64,000 bases of DNA from Flavobacterium sp. (lineage in GTDB: Bacteria; Bacteroidota; Bacteroidia; Flavobacteriales; Flavobacteriaceae), in the NCBI RefSeq assembly GCF_027531905.1, contig NZ_JAPZSU010000014.1:24881-88880 (forward strand). The letters run 5' to 3'. The translations under genes were made by a program, and so were the position numbers. Below the pieces are notes generated by a model. That model made no database searches. It was given only the letters and a program-made list of their open reading frames with translations, and was not told where the DNA came from. Shown here in pieces: positions 25,615-34,321 of the stretch (within the stretch, counting starts at the first letter, position 1; the number at the start of each line of letters is the position of its first letter).

Positions 25615-27825
25615 CTACAACTTTTTCAATTTCAATAGCAAACTATTACTTACCACACTCACGCTGCTAAGCGCCATAGCTGCACCTGCAAGCATTGGGT
25701 TAAGTAAGAAACCATTGAAAGGAAATAAAATACCTGCCGCGATAGGAATCCCAATTACATTGTATATAAAGGCCCAAAATAAGTTTTGGTGAATCATAGC
25801 AACAGTAGCTTTAGACAAGCGAATCGATTGTGGAATCTTATGCAAATCGGAGGTCATTAGCGTCATATTGGCGACTTCCATAGCAATGGCGCTTCCTTTT
25901 CCCATAGCAATACTCACATCGGCTTGAGCCAATGCGGTGCTGTCATTTATGCCGTCACCCACCATCGCTACTTTTTTGCCTTGAGCTTGTAATTCCTTGA
26001 TGAAATCGGCTTTTTGTTGAGGTAACACTCCGCCTTTGTAATGAGTAATTCCCGTTTGTTCGGCCATTGCGTGGGCTGCTTTTTCAGTATCGCCGGTTAG
26101 CATATAGACCGCAATGCCCATTTGTTCCAACTCACGAATCGCAGCCACCGAAGTAGGTTTTACCGCATCCGAAATGGCCAAAAGGGCTAAAACACTAGTT
26201 GCATTAGCAAAGCCAATTACGGTTTTGGCTTCGGCTTCCCAAGCAGTACTTTTTTGAAGGAAGTCATCGTTTATTTCGATTTGGTTGGCTTTTAAAAAAG
26301 AGGGATTCCCGATAAAATACTCCTCACCTCCTACTTTGGCTCGAACGCCTTGCCCCGTAACACTCTCGAAATTCGCAATTGGAACCGTTGGAACTCCTTG
26401 TAAATGTTGCACCACAGCTTCCGCCAAGGGATGTTCCGATTGCGATTCGATACTCAACAAAATAGAACGTAAATTGGAATCCTTGCTATTCCACAATTCC
26501 TCGGTTACTTTAGGTTTTCCTTCGGTGATGGTACCTGTTTTATCTAGAACAATGGTGTCTATCTTTTGTGCCAATTCTAAACTCAGTGCATCTTTGATGA
26601 GAATTCCATTTTCGGCACCCTTGCCTACTCCAACCATAATGGCAGTAGGAGTTGCCAATCCCAAGGCACACGGACAAGCAATCACCAAAACAGTAACTAA
26701 AGCCAAAATTCCTTGTGTAAAACCATTTTCTCCTCCTAAAATCCACCACAAAACAAAAGCTACAACCGCAATCGCCATAACCACAGGCACAAAAATACTA
26801 GCGATAAAATCGACCTTTTTTTGGACTGGCGCTTTACTTCCTTGTGCGTCTTGGACTGTTTTGACGATGTGTGCCAAAAGGGTTTCGGAGCCAATTTGAA
26901 CTGCTTGGAATACCAAACTCCCTTTTTGGTTGAGTGTTCCCGCCCAAACCTTTTCATTTGCCATTTTGAGTACAGGAATGGGTTCGCCACTTAACATACT
27001 TTCATCTACATAGGAATCCCCACTTATTACGACCCCATCGACCGCAATTCGCTCGCCGGGTTTTACCAACAATTTATCCCCTACTTTGACTTGGGCAATA
27101 GGAATTACTTTTTGTTGCTCGTTGTCTAGCCACAAAGTCACCTCATTAGGTTGCAACGCCATCAACTTTTTTATGGCGGTGGAAGTATTGGATTTGGCGT
27201 TTTCTTCCAACCATTTACCCAATAAAATAAAAGCAATCACTACTGCTGCTGCTTCAAAATAGACGTGTCCGTGTAGGCCTTTTTGATGCCAATACTCTGG
27301 AAATAATGTATTGAATACACTAAATATATACGCGACTCCCGTACTCAATGCCACGAGTGTGTCCATATTGGCTGTGCGATGTTGAGCTTGCTTCCAAGCA
27401 TTTACAAAAAAACTACTTCCTAATCCGAAAACAACTGGAGTTGCTAATACCCACATAATTTCGTTAGCATAGGGCATTTCCATAAAAAACATTCCAATAA
27501 TTACAATAGGCAAAGCCAATAGCAAAGCCCAAATGGTTTTGTTTTTTAAAGTGGTCATTTTTTCTTCTTGTATCGAAGCCAAGGTTTTGTTTTCGTTGGC
27601 TTCTTCTTCAATAAACAAATCATAGCCTGCGTCTTGCACCGCTTTTTGGACTTCGGATAGGGTAATAATTTTGGGCAGGAACTCAAGGGAAAGCATAGCC
27701 GAAGCATAGTTGACTTCGGCTGAAACAATCCCATTTAAGACTTGAACTGAAGAAGCGATTTTATTGGCGCAAGACGCACATCCCATTTGTAAAACGGGAA
27801 TTTGTCTCTTTATAGTAGTTTTCAT
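25615..27825 (-). CDS. copA: Cu(I)-translocating P1B-type ATPase
   Basis: HMA MGCASC, TGEP-like LSGEP, IACPCALGLA, DKTGT, SEHPLA, GDGIND, YN/MxxSS P1B-1 motifs. Confidence 0.93.
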   Translation of the reverse strand: MKTTIKRQIPVLQMGCASCANKIASSVQVLNGIVSAEVNYASAMLSLEFLPKIITLSEVQKAVQDAGYDLFIEEEANENKTLASIQEEKMTTLKNKTIWALLLALPIVIIGMFFMEMPYANEIMWVLATPVVFGLGSSFFVNAWKQAQHRTANMDTLVALSTGVAYIFSVFNTLFPEYWHQKGLHGHVYFEAAAVVIAFILLGKWLEENAKSNTSTAIKKLMALQPNEVTLWLDNEQQKVIPIAQVKVGDKLLVKPGERIAVDGVVISGDSYVDESMLSGEPIPVLKMANEKVWAGTLNQKGSLVFQAVQIGSETLLAHIVKTVQDAQGSKAPVQKKVDFIASIFVPVVMAIAVVAFVLWWILGGENGFTQGILALVTVLVIACPCALGLATPTAIMVGVGKGAENGILIKDALSLELAQKIDTIVLDKTGTITEGKPKVTEELWNSKDSNLRSILLSIESQSEHPLAEAVVQHLQGVPTVPIANFESVTGQGVRAKVGGEEYFIGNPSFLKANQIEINDDFLQKSTAWEAEAKTVIGFANATSVLALLAISDAVKPTSVAAIRELEQMGIAVYMLTGDTEKAAHAMAEQTGITHYKGGVLPQQKADFIKELQAQGKKVAMVGDGINDSTALAQADVSIAMGKGSAIAMEVANMTLMTSDLHKIPQSIRLSKATVAMIHQNLFWAFIYNVIGIPIAAGILFPFNGFLLNPMLAGAAMALSSVSVVSNSLLLKLKKL

Positions 27826-27848
27826 AATGAACTGTTTAAATTACAGTA

Positions 27849-27910
27849 CAAAATTACTTAGAATCAAATTGAGAAGTATTACACAATTATCCTAAAGAAT
27901 TACAACAATT
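27849..27910 (-). promoter_or_regulatory. copA promoter (-7 TAATTTTG) with 21-bp-spaced direct repeats (putative AraC site)
   Basis: CAAAATTA at 27849-27856; ATTACACAATT at 27878 and ATTACAACAATT at 27899. Confidence 0.5.
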
Positions 27911-27931
27911 TCGGAAGGTGAACAATAAAAA

Positions 27932-28513
27932 TTATGCTTTCACTTGGTCTAGGGGAATGCGACGGTCAGCGCGAAGATTTTTGAAATAACTCGGAGTTAA
28001 ACCTGTCACACTTTTGAATTGATTGCTCAAATGTGCCACGCTGGAATAATGCAACTGGAAGGCGATTTCACTCAATGTTAATTCGTTGTACACCAACAAT
28101 TCTTTGACTTTTTCGATTTTTTGAGCGATGAAATATTTCTCAATCGTAGTGCCCTCAAGTTCTGTAAATAAAGTAGTAATGTATTTATAGTCACAATTCA
28201 ATTGTGTACTCAAATAGTCGGAAAGGGTGTTTTTGAGTACCGAATTTTGATTTTGAACCAAATCAATAATCAAGTTTTTCACTTTTTCAACACCTTGCTT
28301 TTTTTGGTCTTCGATGATTTCAAAACCAACATTTTGAAGTGTTTTAGCTATAATTTCTTGGTCACTTACAGCAAGTTCCTTTTCAAAAACTACTTCGCCA
28401 AGAGATACGGAAAGTGGCGTAAACCCGCTCTTTTCCAACTCAGATTGTACCACCATAATGCAACGAGGGCACACCATATTTTTGATATAGATTATCATTT
28501 GTTTTTTTACCAT
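27932..28513 (-). CDS. AraC-family regulator with N-terminal HMA-like CxxC domain
   Basis: IKNMVCPRC; C-terminal TIEKYFI..KIEKVKELL, LSEIAFQLHYSSVAHLSNQFK..TGLTPS. Confidence 0.92.
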   Translation of the reverse strand: MVKKQMIIYIKNMVCPRCIMVVQSELEKSGFTPLSVSLGEVVFEKELAVSDQEIIAKTLQNVGFEIIEDQKKQGVEKVKNLIIDLVQNQNSVLKNTLSDYLSTQLNCDYKYITTLFTELEGTTIEKYFIAQKIEKVKELLVYNELTLSEIAFQLHYSSVAHLSNQFKSVTGLTPSYFKNLRADRRIPLDQVKA

Positions 28514-28528
28514 TAGTTTTGATTCTCT

Positions 28529-30775
28529 TTAATAATTCAAATTAATTCCAAATCCAAGCCCCATATCACTATCATAGTGTGTAGTAATACCAAAATTCCT
28601 TCCGGTAATATAGCGTAATCCTGCCATATACTCTTTATCCGTATTCCACATCACATTCATTCGTAAGCGTTTCGAAATTGGGATATCCTTTCGTTCTAAT
28701 TGTAGTCGAACATTTCCATCCGAATACACTTCAGTTTGTAGTTTTACCAACATAGGTAATACATATTCTATTCCCAAACTTACTACAGAACGGTTATCTT
28801 TTGTATTAGATTGTCCGAACAGATTTTTTTCCTGTTGTCCTAAATTCATTTTTCTGTATCTCCAATCAAATCCAACAAAGGGCATTATCCACTGCATTTT
28901 ACCCAAGTACCGCCCAACATGTGTTTCTGTTTCATACCCATGATGATCGTTGTATCCCAATCTCCATTCGGTTCCAATGCTCCATCGTGTATTACTAAAC
29001 ATGGCTTCTCCATCGTTTCCATTGGTTGCAAAATCATTTTCTGCCATAAAATGAAACTTTCTATCCTCGGCAAACAATTGCTTTTGCGCCAATTTAGGAT
29101 TGGGAATCAAAGGATTTGCAGCCTGATTCTCATAAGTAAAAACCCTACCCATTCCTGCCATCATGTGGTACAAGATATGACAATGAAAAAACCAATCTCC
29201 TTCCACATTAGCATTAAATTCCAACGTATCTGTTTCCATTGGCATGATATCAACCACATTTTTCAAAGGAGCATAATCACCTTGATTGTTAAGTAACCTA
29301 AAATCATGACCATGCAAATGCATTGGATGTCTCATCATGGATCCATTATAAATGGTAATCCGAACGTTTTCTCCCTTTTTAATCAATATTTTATCGGTTT
29401 CAGAAACTACTTTATTATTTAAGCTCCATACGTACCGATTCATATTTCCAGTAAGTTCAAAACGCAATTCTTTTACTGGAGCATCCTTGGGCAAACTAGT
29501 TTTCCAAGGTGATTTTAACATAGCATAATTGAGCGTTACAATATCGGAAAGGGCATTACTATCATAGTCACTTTCAGACATATTCATAGTCTTTTTACTC
29601 GTAGCTTTTTTTGCTTCACCCGTAATTTCAGGATACATTACTACATTCATATCCATTTGATTCAAACTCATGCTCATTCCCATATCATCTAAATCCCCAT
29701 TCATTTTCATCATACCATTCATCATTTTCATTCCCTCAAAATACTTTAATTTAGGTAATGGTTTGGCTAATTGCTTTGGGCCATTTCCTAAATACAATGA
29801 AGTTGATTTCGTTCTGTCTTCAGCGGTTGCCAAAAATTCGTAGGACGCTCCATCATTTGGTATAGTAACTACTACATCGTAGGTTTCAGAAACAGCTATA
29901 AGCAAGCGATCCACCTCGATAGGTTCAACATCATTTCCGTCGTTAGCCACAACTGTTATTTTTCCGCCAGCATAAGTTAGCCAAAAATAAGTAGAAGCGC
30001 CTCCATTTGAAATGCGTAAGCGTACTTTATCACCGGCCTTGAATTGCGATAATTGCGTTTCCTTTTTACCATTAATTAAAAAAGCATCATAGAAAACATC
30101 GCTTACATCCATAGCGTTCATGCGCTTCCATTCATTATTCAATTTAGTACCAAAGTGTCCTTGGTTAATTGCTTCAGCATAACTTTGAGTAGTCCCTTTT
30201 TTTATAGCAAACCAATCGGTCGCATTATGCAACATTCTATGCACATTATTAGGATTGATATCGGTCCACTCACTTAAAATAATGGGTACAGTAGGCAGAT
30301 TATCTATTCCATCTCTAAACCGCTCATCCGTCGAACGCTTTTTCAAAACCATTGATCCATACATTCCTATTTGCTCTTGTAAACCTGAATGGCTGTGATA
30401 CCAATGGGTTCCGTTTTGTATAATGGGAAAAGTATATTTGTGTGTGGTATTAGGAGCAATTGGCATTTGAGTCAAATTGGGAACACCATCTTCTTGGTTG
30501 GGCAAAAACAAACCGTGCCAATGCAAAGAGGTGGATTCCTTTAGCTCATTATGCACATAAATTTCTGCAATATCCCCTTCGGTAAAAGTTAAAGTCGGCA
30601 TTGGAATTTGACCGTTTACTGCAATAGCTCTCTTGGGGTTACCGGTAAAATTGACTACAGTATCACGAACATACAAATCATATCGAACCACATTTTGAGC
30701 AAAACTTAAAACTGAAAACAGCATTAACAGTAAAGAGACTTTCAGTAGCCTCATCCTTTTTTTTATATCTATCAT
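28529..30775 (-). CDS. Multicopper oxidase (CopA/PcoA-like) with Met-rich insert and C-terminal CopB-like beta region
   Basis: HWHG, WYHSH, HPMHLHGH, HCHILYHM copper ligands; MKMMNGMMKM segment; ~170-aa beta-rich tail. Confidence 0.92.
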   Translation of the reverse strand: MIDIKKRMRLLKVSLLLMLFSVLSFAQNVVRYDLYVRDTVVNFTGNPKRAIAVNGQIPMPTLTFTEGDIAEIYVHNELKESTSLHWHGLFLPNQEDGVPNLTQMPIAPNTTHKYTFPIIQNGTHWYHSHSGLQEQIGMYGSMVLKKRSTDERFRDGIDNLPTVPIILSEWTDINPNNVHRMLHNATDWFAIKKGTTQSYAEAINQGHFGTKLNNEWKRMNAMDVSDVFYDAFLINGKKETQLSQFKAGDKVRLRISNGGASTYFWLTYAGGKITVVANDGNDVEPIEVDRLLIAVSETYDVVVTIPNDGASYEFLATAEDRTKSTSLYLGNGPKQLAKPLPKLKYFEGMKMMNGMMKMNGDLDDMGMSMSLNQMDMNVVMYPEITGEAKKATSKKTMNMSESDYDSNALSDIVTLNYAMLKSPWKTSLPKDAPVKELRFELTGNMNRYVWSLNNKVVSETDKILIKKGENVRITIYNGSMMRHPMHLHGHDFRLLNNQGDYAPLKNVVDIMPMETDTLEFNANVEGDWFFHCHILYHMMAGMGRVFTYENQAANPLIPNPKLAQKQLFAEDRKFHFMAENDFATNGNDGEAMFSNTRWSIGTEWRLGYNDHHGYETETHVGRYLGKMQWIMPFVGFDWRYRKMNLGQQEKNLFGQSNTKDNRSVVSLGIEYVLPMLVKLQTEVYSDGNVRLQLERKDIPISKRLRMNVMWNTDKEYMAGLRYITGRNFGITTHYDSDMGLGFGINLNY

Positions 30776-30821
30776 AGTACATCTAATTAATAAGGCGAAA
30801 TGAAAACATTTCGCCTTAAAA

Positions 30822-31409
30822 TTATTTTATAGTTTCCACTACTTTACCACAAGTTAGCATCATTGATCCATAATATGGATTTTTGACAGTACTCTCTTTA
30901 CTAAGCCAATTGGCTCCTTTTCCACCATTTGCCATTGGACAATGTTGGAAGTAAACAGGCTCAGCTTGTTTGGATACTTTCATTAATTGATAAACATTTT
31001 TAGACAAAGTAATAAAATGATCTCTTTGGTGTTTTGGATCTTTTGTCTCTGAAATATGTTCAGCATCTTCAGTCAAATCTTTCACAACCTTCATCCAAAC
31101 CATATGAACTTTCATGTCTAATTTTTCCATTTTAACGCTTTTAATAGCCAAAAGCATTTGCTTTGCTTTTCCCGCCACATCATTACCGTTACTACTAACT
31201 AAAGCGTCTTTAACTGTAAAGTAAGTATCAAAAACTGGGGTGAGCTGATCCACTTTTTGCGTCTCACCCATTGATTTGATATCTACTGACTCGTTATTAG
31301 TATTTTGAAATTGGTTAATTCCTTTTACAGGAATTACTTGTTTTGCCTGTGAAGTTACGGTTGATAATAATACAGCGATTACTCCCAACATTTTTGATGT
31401 TTGTTTCAT
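30822..31409 (-). CDS. DUF3347 heavy-metal-associated secreted protein
   Basis: Signal peptide; YF.VKDALV, HQRDHF..LS, QHCPMA, WLS....KNPYYGSMMLTCG. Confidence 0.88.
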   Translation of the reverse strand: MKQTSKMLGVIAVLLSTVTSQAKQVIPVKGINQFQNTNNESVDIKSMGETQKVDQLTPVFDTYFTVKDALVSSNGNDVAGKAKQMLLAIKSVKMEKLDMKVHMVWMKVVKDLTEDAEHISETKDPKHQRDHFITLSKNVYQLMKVSKQAEPVYFQHCPMANGGKGANWLSKESTVKNPYYGSMMLTCGKVVETIK

Positions 31410-31493
31410 TTTTTTTCTATTTAGATATAATACAATTTTTTCTCATAAGTCTCCATTCTCAAGAAAACAGACCTATGGCTAGGAACAAAAAAA

Positions 31494-31862
31494 TTATATT
31501 ATTTTTGGGGGTAACCAAATAGAAACATGACCAGTAGAAACGAAAGGATCTACATAATAAAAAGTAGTTTTTTGAATGAAATTTTCAAAGATGCTTGATT
31601 CAAATGTAAACTCAATATTTAGAAATAAATTAAATGAAGTGCAAGAAGTTAAGCATTTGGTGCTTCCACATTTTCCTGAACATGGATTAGACTTCTTATT
31701 TGAATGATTTTCGCAACACGTTTGCTTTTGTGTTTTTGAAGACTCGCATTTTGAAGTACTGATTTTATCAGTCGATTTCTTTGTAGCACAAGCATAGCCT
31801 TTCATTGGAACACAAAAGAGTCCAAAAAAAACAAGCAATAGCACAAAAAACCATTTTTTCAT
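31494..31862 (-). CDS. Cys-rich leader protein of the copper operon ending IWLPPKII (DUF2946/CruR-like architecture)
   Basis: Signal/TM, nine Cys in total, C-terminal PP motif; -7 TAGTTTTG ends 5 nt upstream of the ATG (leaderless). Confidence 0.7.
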   Translation of the reverse strand: MKKWFFVLLLVFFGLFCVPMKGYACATKKSTDKISTSKCESSKTQKQTCCENHSNKKSNPCSGKCGSTKCLTSCTSFNLFLNIEFTFESSIFENFIQKTTFYYVDPFVSTGHVSIWLPPKII

Positions 31863-31931
31863 GATGCAAAACTAATCATTTATTTGTTTTTATTCTAAAT
31901 TGTAAAATTAATTATCATTTAAAATAAGTAT

Positions 31932-33227
31932 TCACTTCAAAATTCCCGCTTTATACCTTGCAATGGCACGATCTCTTGCCATAGCGTGTTCGACCATAGG
32001 TGCGCCGTAGCCTAAGTCAAATTCAGGTATCCATTTTCGAATGTAGTGGCCTTTAGAATCAAATTTTTGTAATTGAATATCAGGATTAAACACTCTAAAA
32101 TAAGGAGCAGCATCGCAACCTGTACCGGCAGCCCATTGCCAATTACCTACATTGGCAGACAAATCATAGTCTAAGAGCTTTTGAGCGAAATAGGCTTCGC
32201 CCCATTGCCAAGGCAATAACAAATGCTTACACAAAAAGCTTGCTACCACCATACGCACTCGATTGTGCATATAGCCTGTCGCATTGAGTTCACGCATACC
32301 AGCATCGACCATTGGATAACCTGTAGTTCCTGAACACCAACGTTGAAAATCGTCTTGGTCATTGCGCCATTCTATGCCGTCGTAGGCCGATTTAAAATTG
32401 TGTTGCACTACTTTGGGGAAATGATACAGGATTTGCATAAAAAATTCTCTCCAAATGAGTTCACTCAAGAAAACATCATTTTTTCGTGCGGCCCAATTCA
32501 CTAATTTACGAACACTAACGGTACCAAATCGCAAATGTGGAGATAAATATGAGGTAGTATCTAATGCGGGAAAATCACGCGTTTCGTGATAGGTAACAAT
32601 TTTAGTCAAATTATGGGGTTTGACTTTGATGGCACTGGCTTCAAAACCAATAGCAGACAAAGCAGGAAATGCAAAAGTACTTACCAACCAATTCTTAGAA
32701 AAAACAGTAGTATCATATTCCACAACGGGAGCTAGTGTACGATATTTTTCTAACCATTTGTTTTTATAAGGCGTGTAAACGGTGTAAGGCAAACCATCAG
32801 CTTTGGTGATTTCGGCTTCTTCAAAAATGACTTGGTCTTTGAATGCCTGCACTTTTATCCCATTTTGAGCTAACAATTCGGTAATCTCTTGGTCTCTTTT
32901 TATAGCATAGGGTTCGTAATCTTTATTGTAAAAGACTTCTTTGATATCAAATTCAGACAACAATTGTTGCCAAACTTCGTGTGTTTTTCCTTTTTTTACT
33001 AAAAGAGAACTGCCCAATTCGACTAATTTTTCGTTGATTTTCGAAAGTGATTCGTAGATAAAAGTGACTCTAGCATCGTCTTTAGGCAAATGCTCCAAAA
33101 TGGCATCATCAAAAATAAAAAGAGGAAGTACTGGATAGCCACTTTGTAACGCCTGATACAAGCTTACATTATCTTCTAACCGCAAATCGCGACGAAACCA
33201 AAAAAAAGTAATAGGCTGCGCAGTCAT
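31932..33227 (-). CDS. phrB: Class I CPD deoxyribodipyrimidine photolyase
   Basis: FWFRRDLRLEDN, TSYLSPHLRFG, ELIWREF, GYMHNRVRM, DYDLSANVGNWQW.AG.G.DAAPYFR. Confidence 0.93.
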   Translation of the reverse strand: MTAQPITFFWFRRDLRLEDNVSLYQALQSGYPVLPLFIFDDAILEHLPKDDARVTFIYESLSKINEKLVELGSSLLVKKGKTHEVWQQLLSEFDIKEVFYNKDYEPYAIKRDQEITELLAQNGIKVQAFKDQVIFEEAEITKADGLPYTVYTPYKNKWLEKYRTLAPVVEYDTTVFSKNWLVSTFAFPALSAIGFEASAIKVKPHNLTKIVTYHETRDFPALDTTSYLSPHLRFGTVSVRKLVNWAARKNDVFLSELIWREFFMQILYHFPKVVQHNFKSAYDGIEWRNDQDDFQRWCSGTTGYPMVDAGMRELNATGYMHNRVRMVVASFLCKHLLLPWQWGEAYFAQKLLDYDLSANVGNWQWAAGTGCDAAPYFRVFNPDIQLQKFDSKGHYIRKWIPEFDLGYGAPMVEHAMARDRAIARYKAGILK

Positions 33228-33688
33228 TATTTGGTATTAAAAAGTTCATCTACGGCTTTTTCTCGATAAGAGAATATTTCTTTTAACTTGCTTTTGACCA
33301 CAAGAGTGTTCATAATGCGACCCAAAAAACCAAGAGGAAGGGCGTAATGAACAACATCCGTCATTTTTACTCCGTTTTCAGTAGCTTCAAAGAAATGTTT
33401 GTGGTGCCATAATGTATAAGGTCCAAAACGTTGCTCGTCTATAAAATAGCTTTTGTCTTTTACGGCAGTAATGATGGTCATCCAACTGAGTTTTATTCCT
33501 GCTAAAGGCGACACTTTGTATTGTATCACTTGACCAGGATAAGCGGTTCTTCCGTCGAAATCTACGATTTGAAACCCCATATCCAGAGGCGTAATTTTTT
33601 GCAGATTTTGTGGACTAGAGAAAAAATCCCAACATTCGTCCAATTTAGCGTTTACATGTTGAACGGTTTCTAATTTATATACTTTCAT
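33227..33688 (-). CDS. SRPBCC/START-fold family protein
   Basis: WDFFSSP.NL..ITP, FIDEQRFGPY..WHHKH.F, M.D.VHY.LP.G.LG. Confidence 0.88.
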   Translation of the reverse strand: MKVYKLETVQHVNAKLDECWDFFSSPQNLQKITPLDMGFQIVDFDGRTAYPGQVIQYKVSPLAGIKLSWMTIITAVKDKSYFIDEQRFGPYTLWHHKHFFEATENGVKMTDVVHYALPLGFLGRIMNTLVVKSKLKEIFSYREKAVDELFNTK

Positions 33689-33719
33689 AATATTTGCAAT
33701 AAATGATGTTGATTTCCCT

Positions 33720-33850
33720 GCGTGAGGGGTAGTAATGGAGCTCTTGTTGTAGTGGCGATAAAGGCCACTACAACAAAGCGGGAATGGATGACCCGACCCC
33801 CGATTGGAGAATGGTGTCGGTAGTATATTCGTGTTTCGGGGGGCACGCCC
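33720..33850 (-). ncRNA. GC-rich multi-stem intergenic element (GGGCGTGCCCC...GGGGTCGGG...CCCTCACGC type)
   Basis: Terminal GCGTG/CACGC pairing, CCCCCGA/TCGGGGG stem, perfect 13-bp TTGTTGTAGTGGC hairpin (33744-33776); resembles a Bacteroidota repeat/RNA class (Acido-Lenti-1-like, from memory). Confidence 0.45.
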
Positions 33851-33855
33851 AAAAA

Positions 33856-34296
33856 CTACATTTTATAATATTTGAAGGGTACGAATAGCATTCCGAAACA
33901 TTCGCCGTGTTCTTTGCCTAAATGTTTGTGGTGTACTTTGTGGGCTTTTCTGAGTCCGATTAGGTATTTGTTGTTGGTGTTTTTGAACCACTTGAAGCGT
34001 TGATGAATCAAAACATCGTGAATTAAAAAGTAGCAAATACCGTAAAAAAGGATGCCAAGACCGATGAAAAACTTGTAATTGAGGCCGCCCTCTACGCCAT
34101 AGTAAAAAAGAATGATGCTAGGAATGGCAAAAATGACAAAGAAAATATCGTTACGTTCAAAGATATTAGCATATTTTGGCTGATGGTGGTCGGCGTGAAA
34201 ATACCACATAAAACCGTGCATCACGAACTTATGTGTACACCAAGTGACGCACTCCATAAAAAGAAAAACTCCTAGAAATATGAAAAAATTAAGCAT
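33856..34296 (-). CDS. crtZ: Beta-carotene hydroxylase
   Basis: His boxes HKFVMHG, HADHH, HDVLIHQR, HKVHH; FERND; located in crt operon. Confidence 0.93.
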   Translation of the reverse strand: MLNFFIFLGVFLFMECVTWCTHKFVMHGFMWYFHADHHQPKYANIFERNDIFFVIFAIPSIILFYYGVEGGLNYKFFIGLGILFYGICYFLIHDVLIHQRFKWFKNTNNKYLIGLRKAHKVHHKHLGKEHGECFGMLFVPFKYYKM

Positions 34297-34321
34297 TTTT
34301 GAATGAATTTGAAATGAAATA

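Noticed and set aside
26285-26899. 204-aa plus-strand ORF and other long antisense ORFs (47425-47700, 28919-29296, 53343-53603)
   Set aside because: Each lies wholly antisense to a well-supported gene; these are codon-bias shadows with no independent motifs.
23300-31900. Copper cassette as an intact transposon or ICE
   Set aside because: No transposase, integrase, tRNA target or terminal/direct repeats found; reported only as an accessory block.
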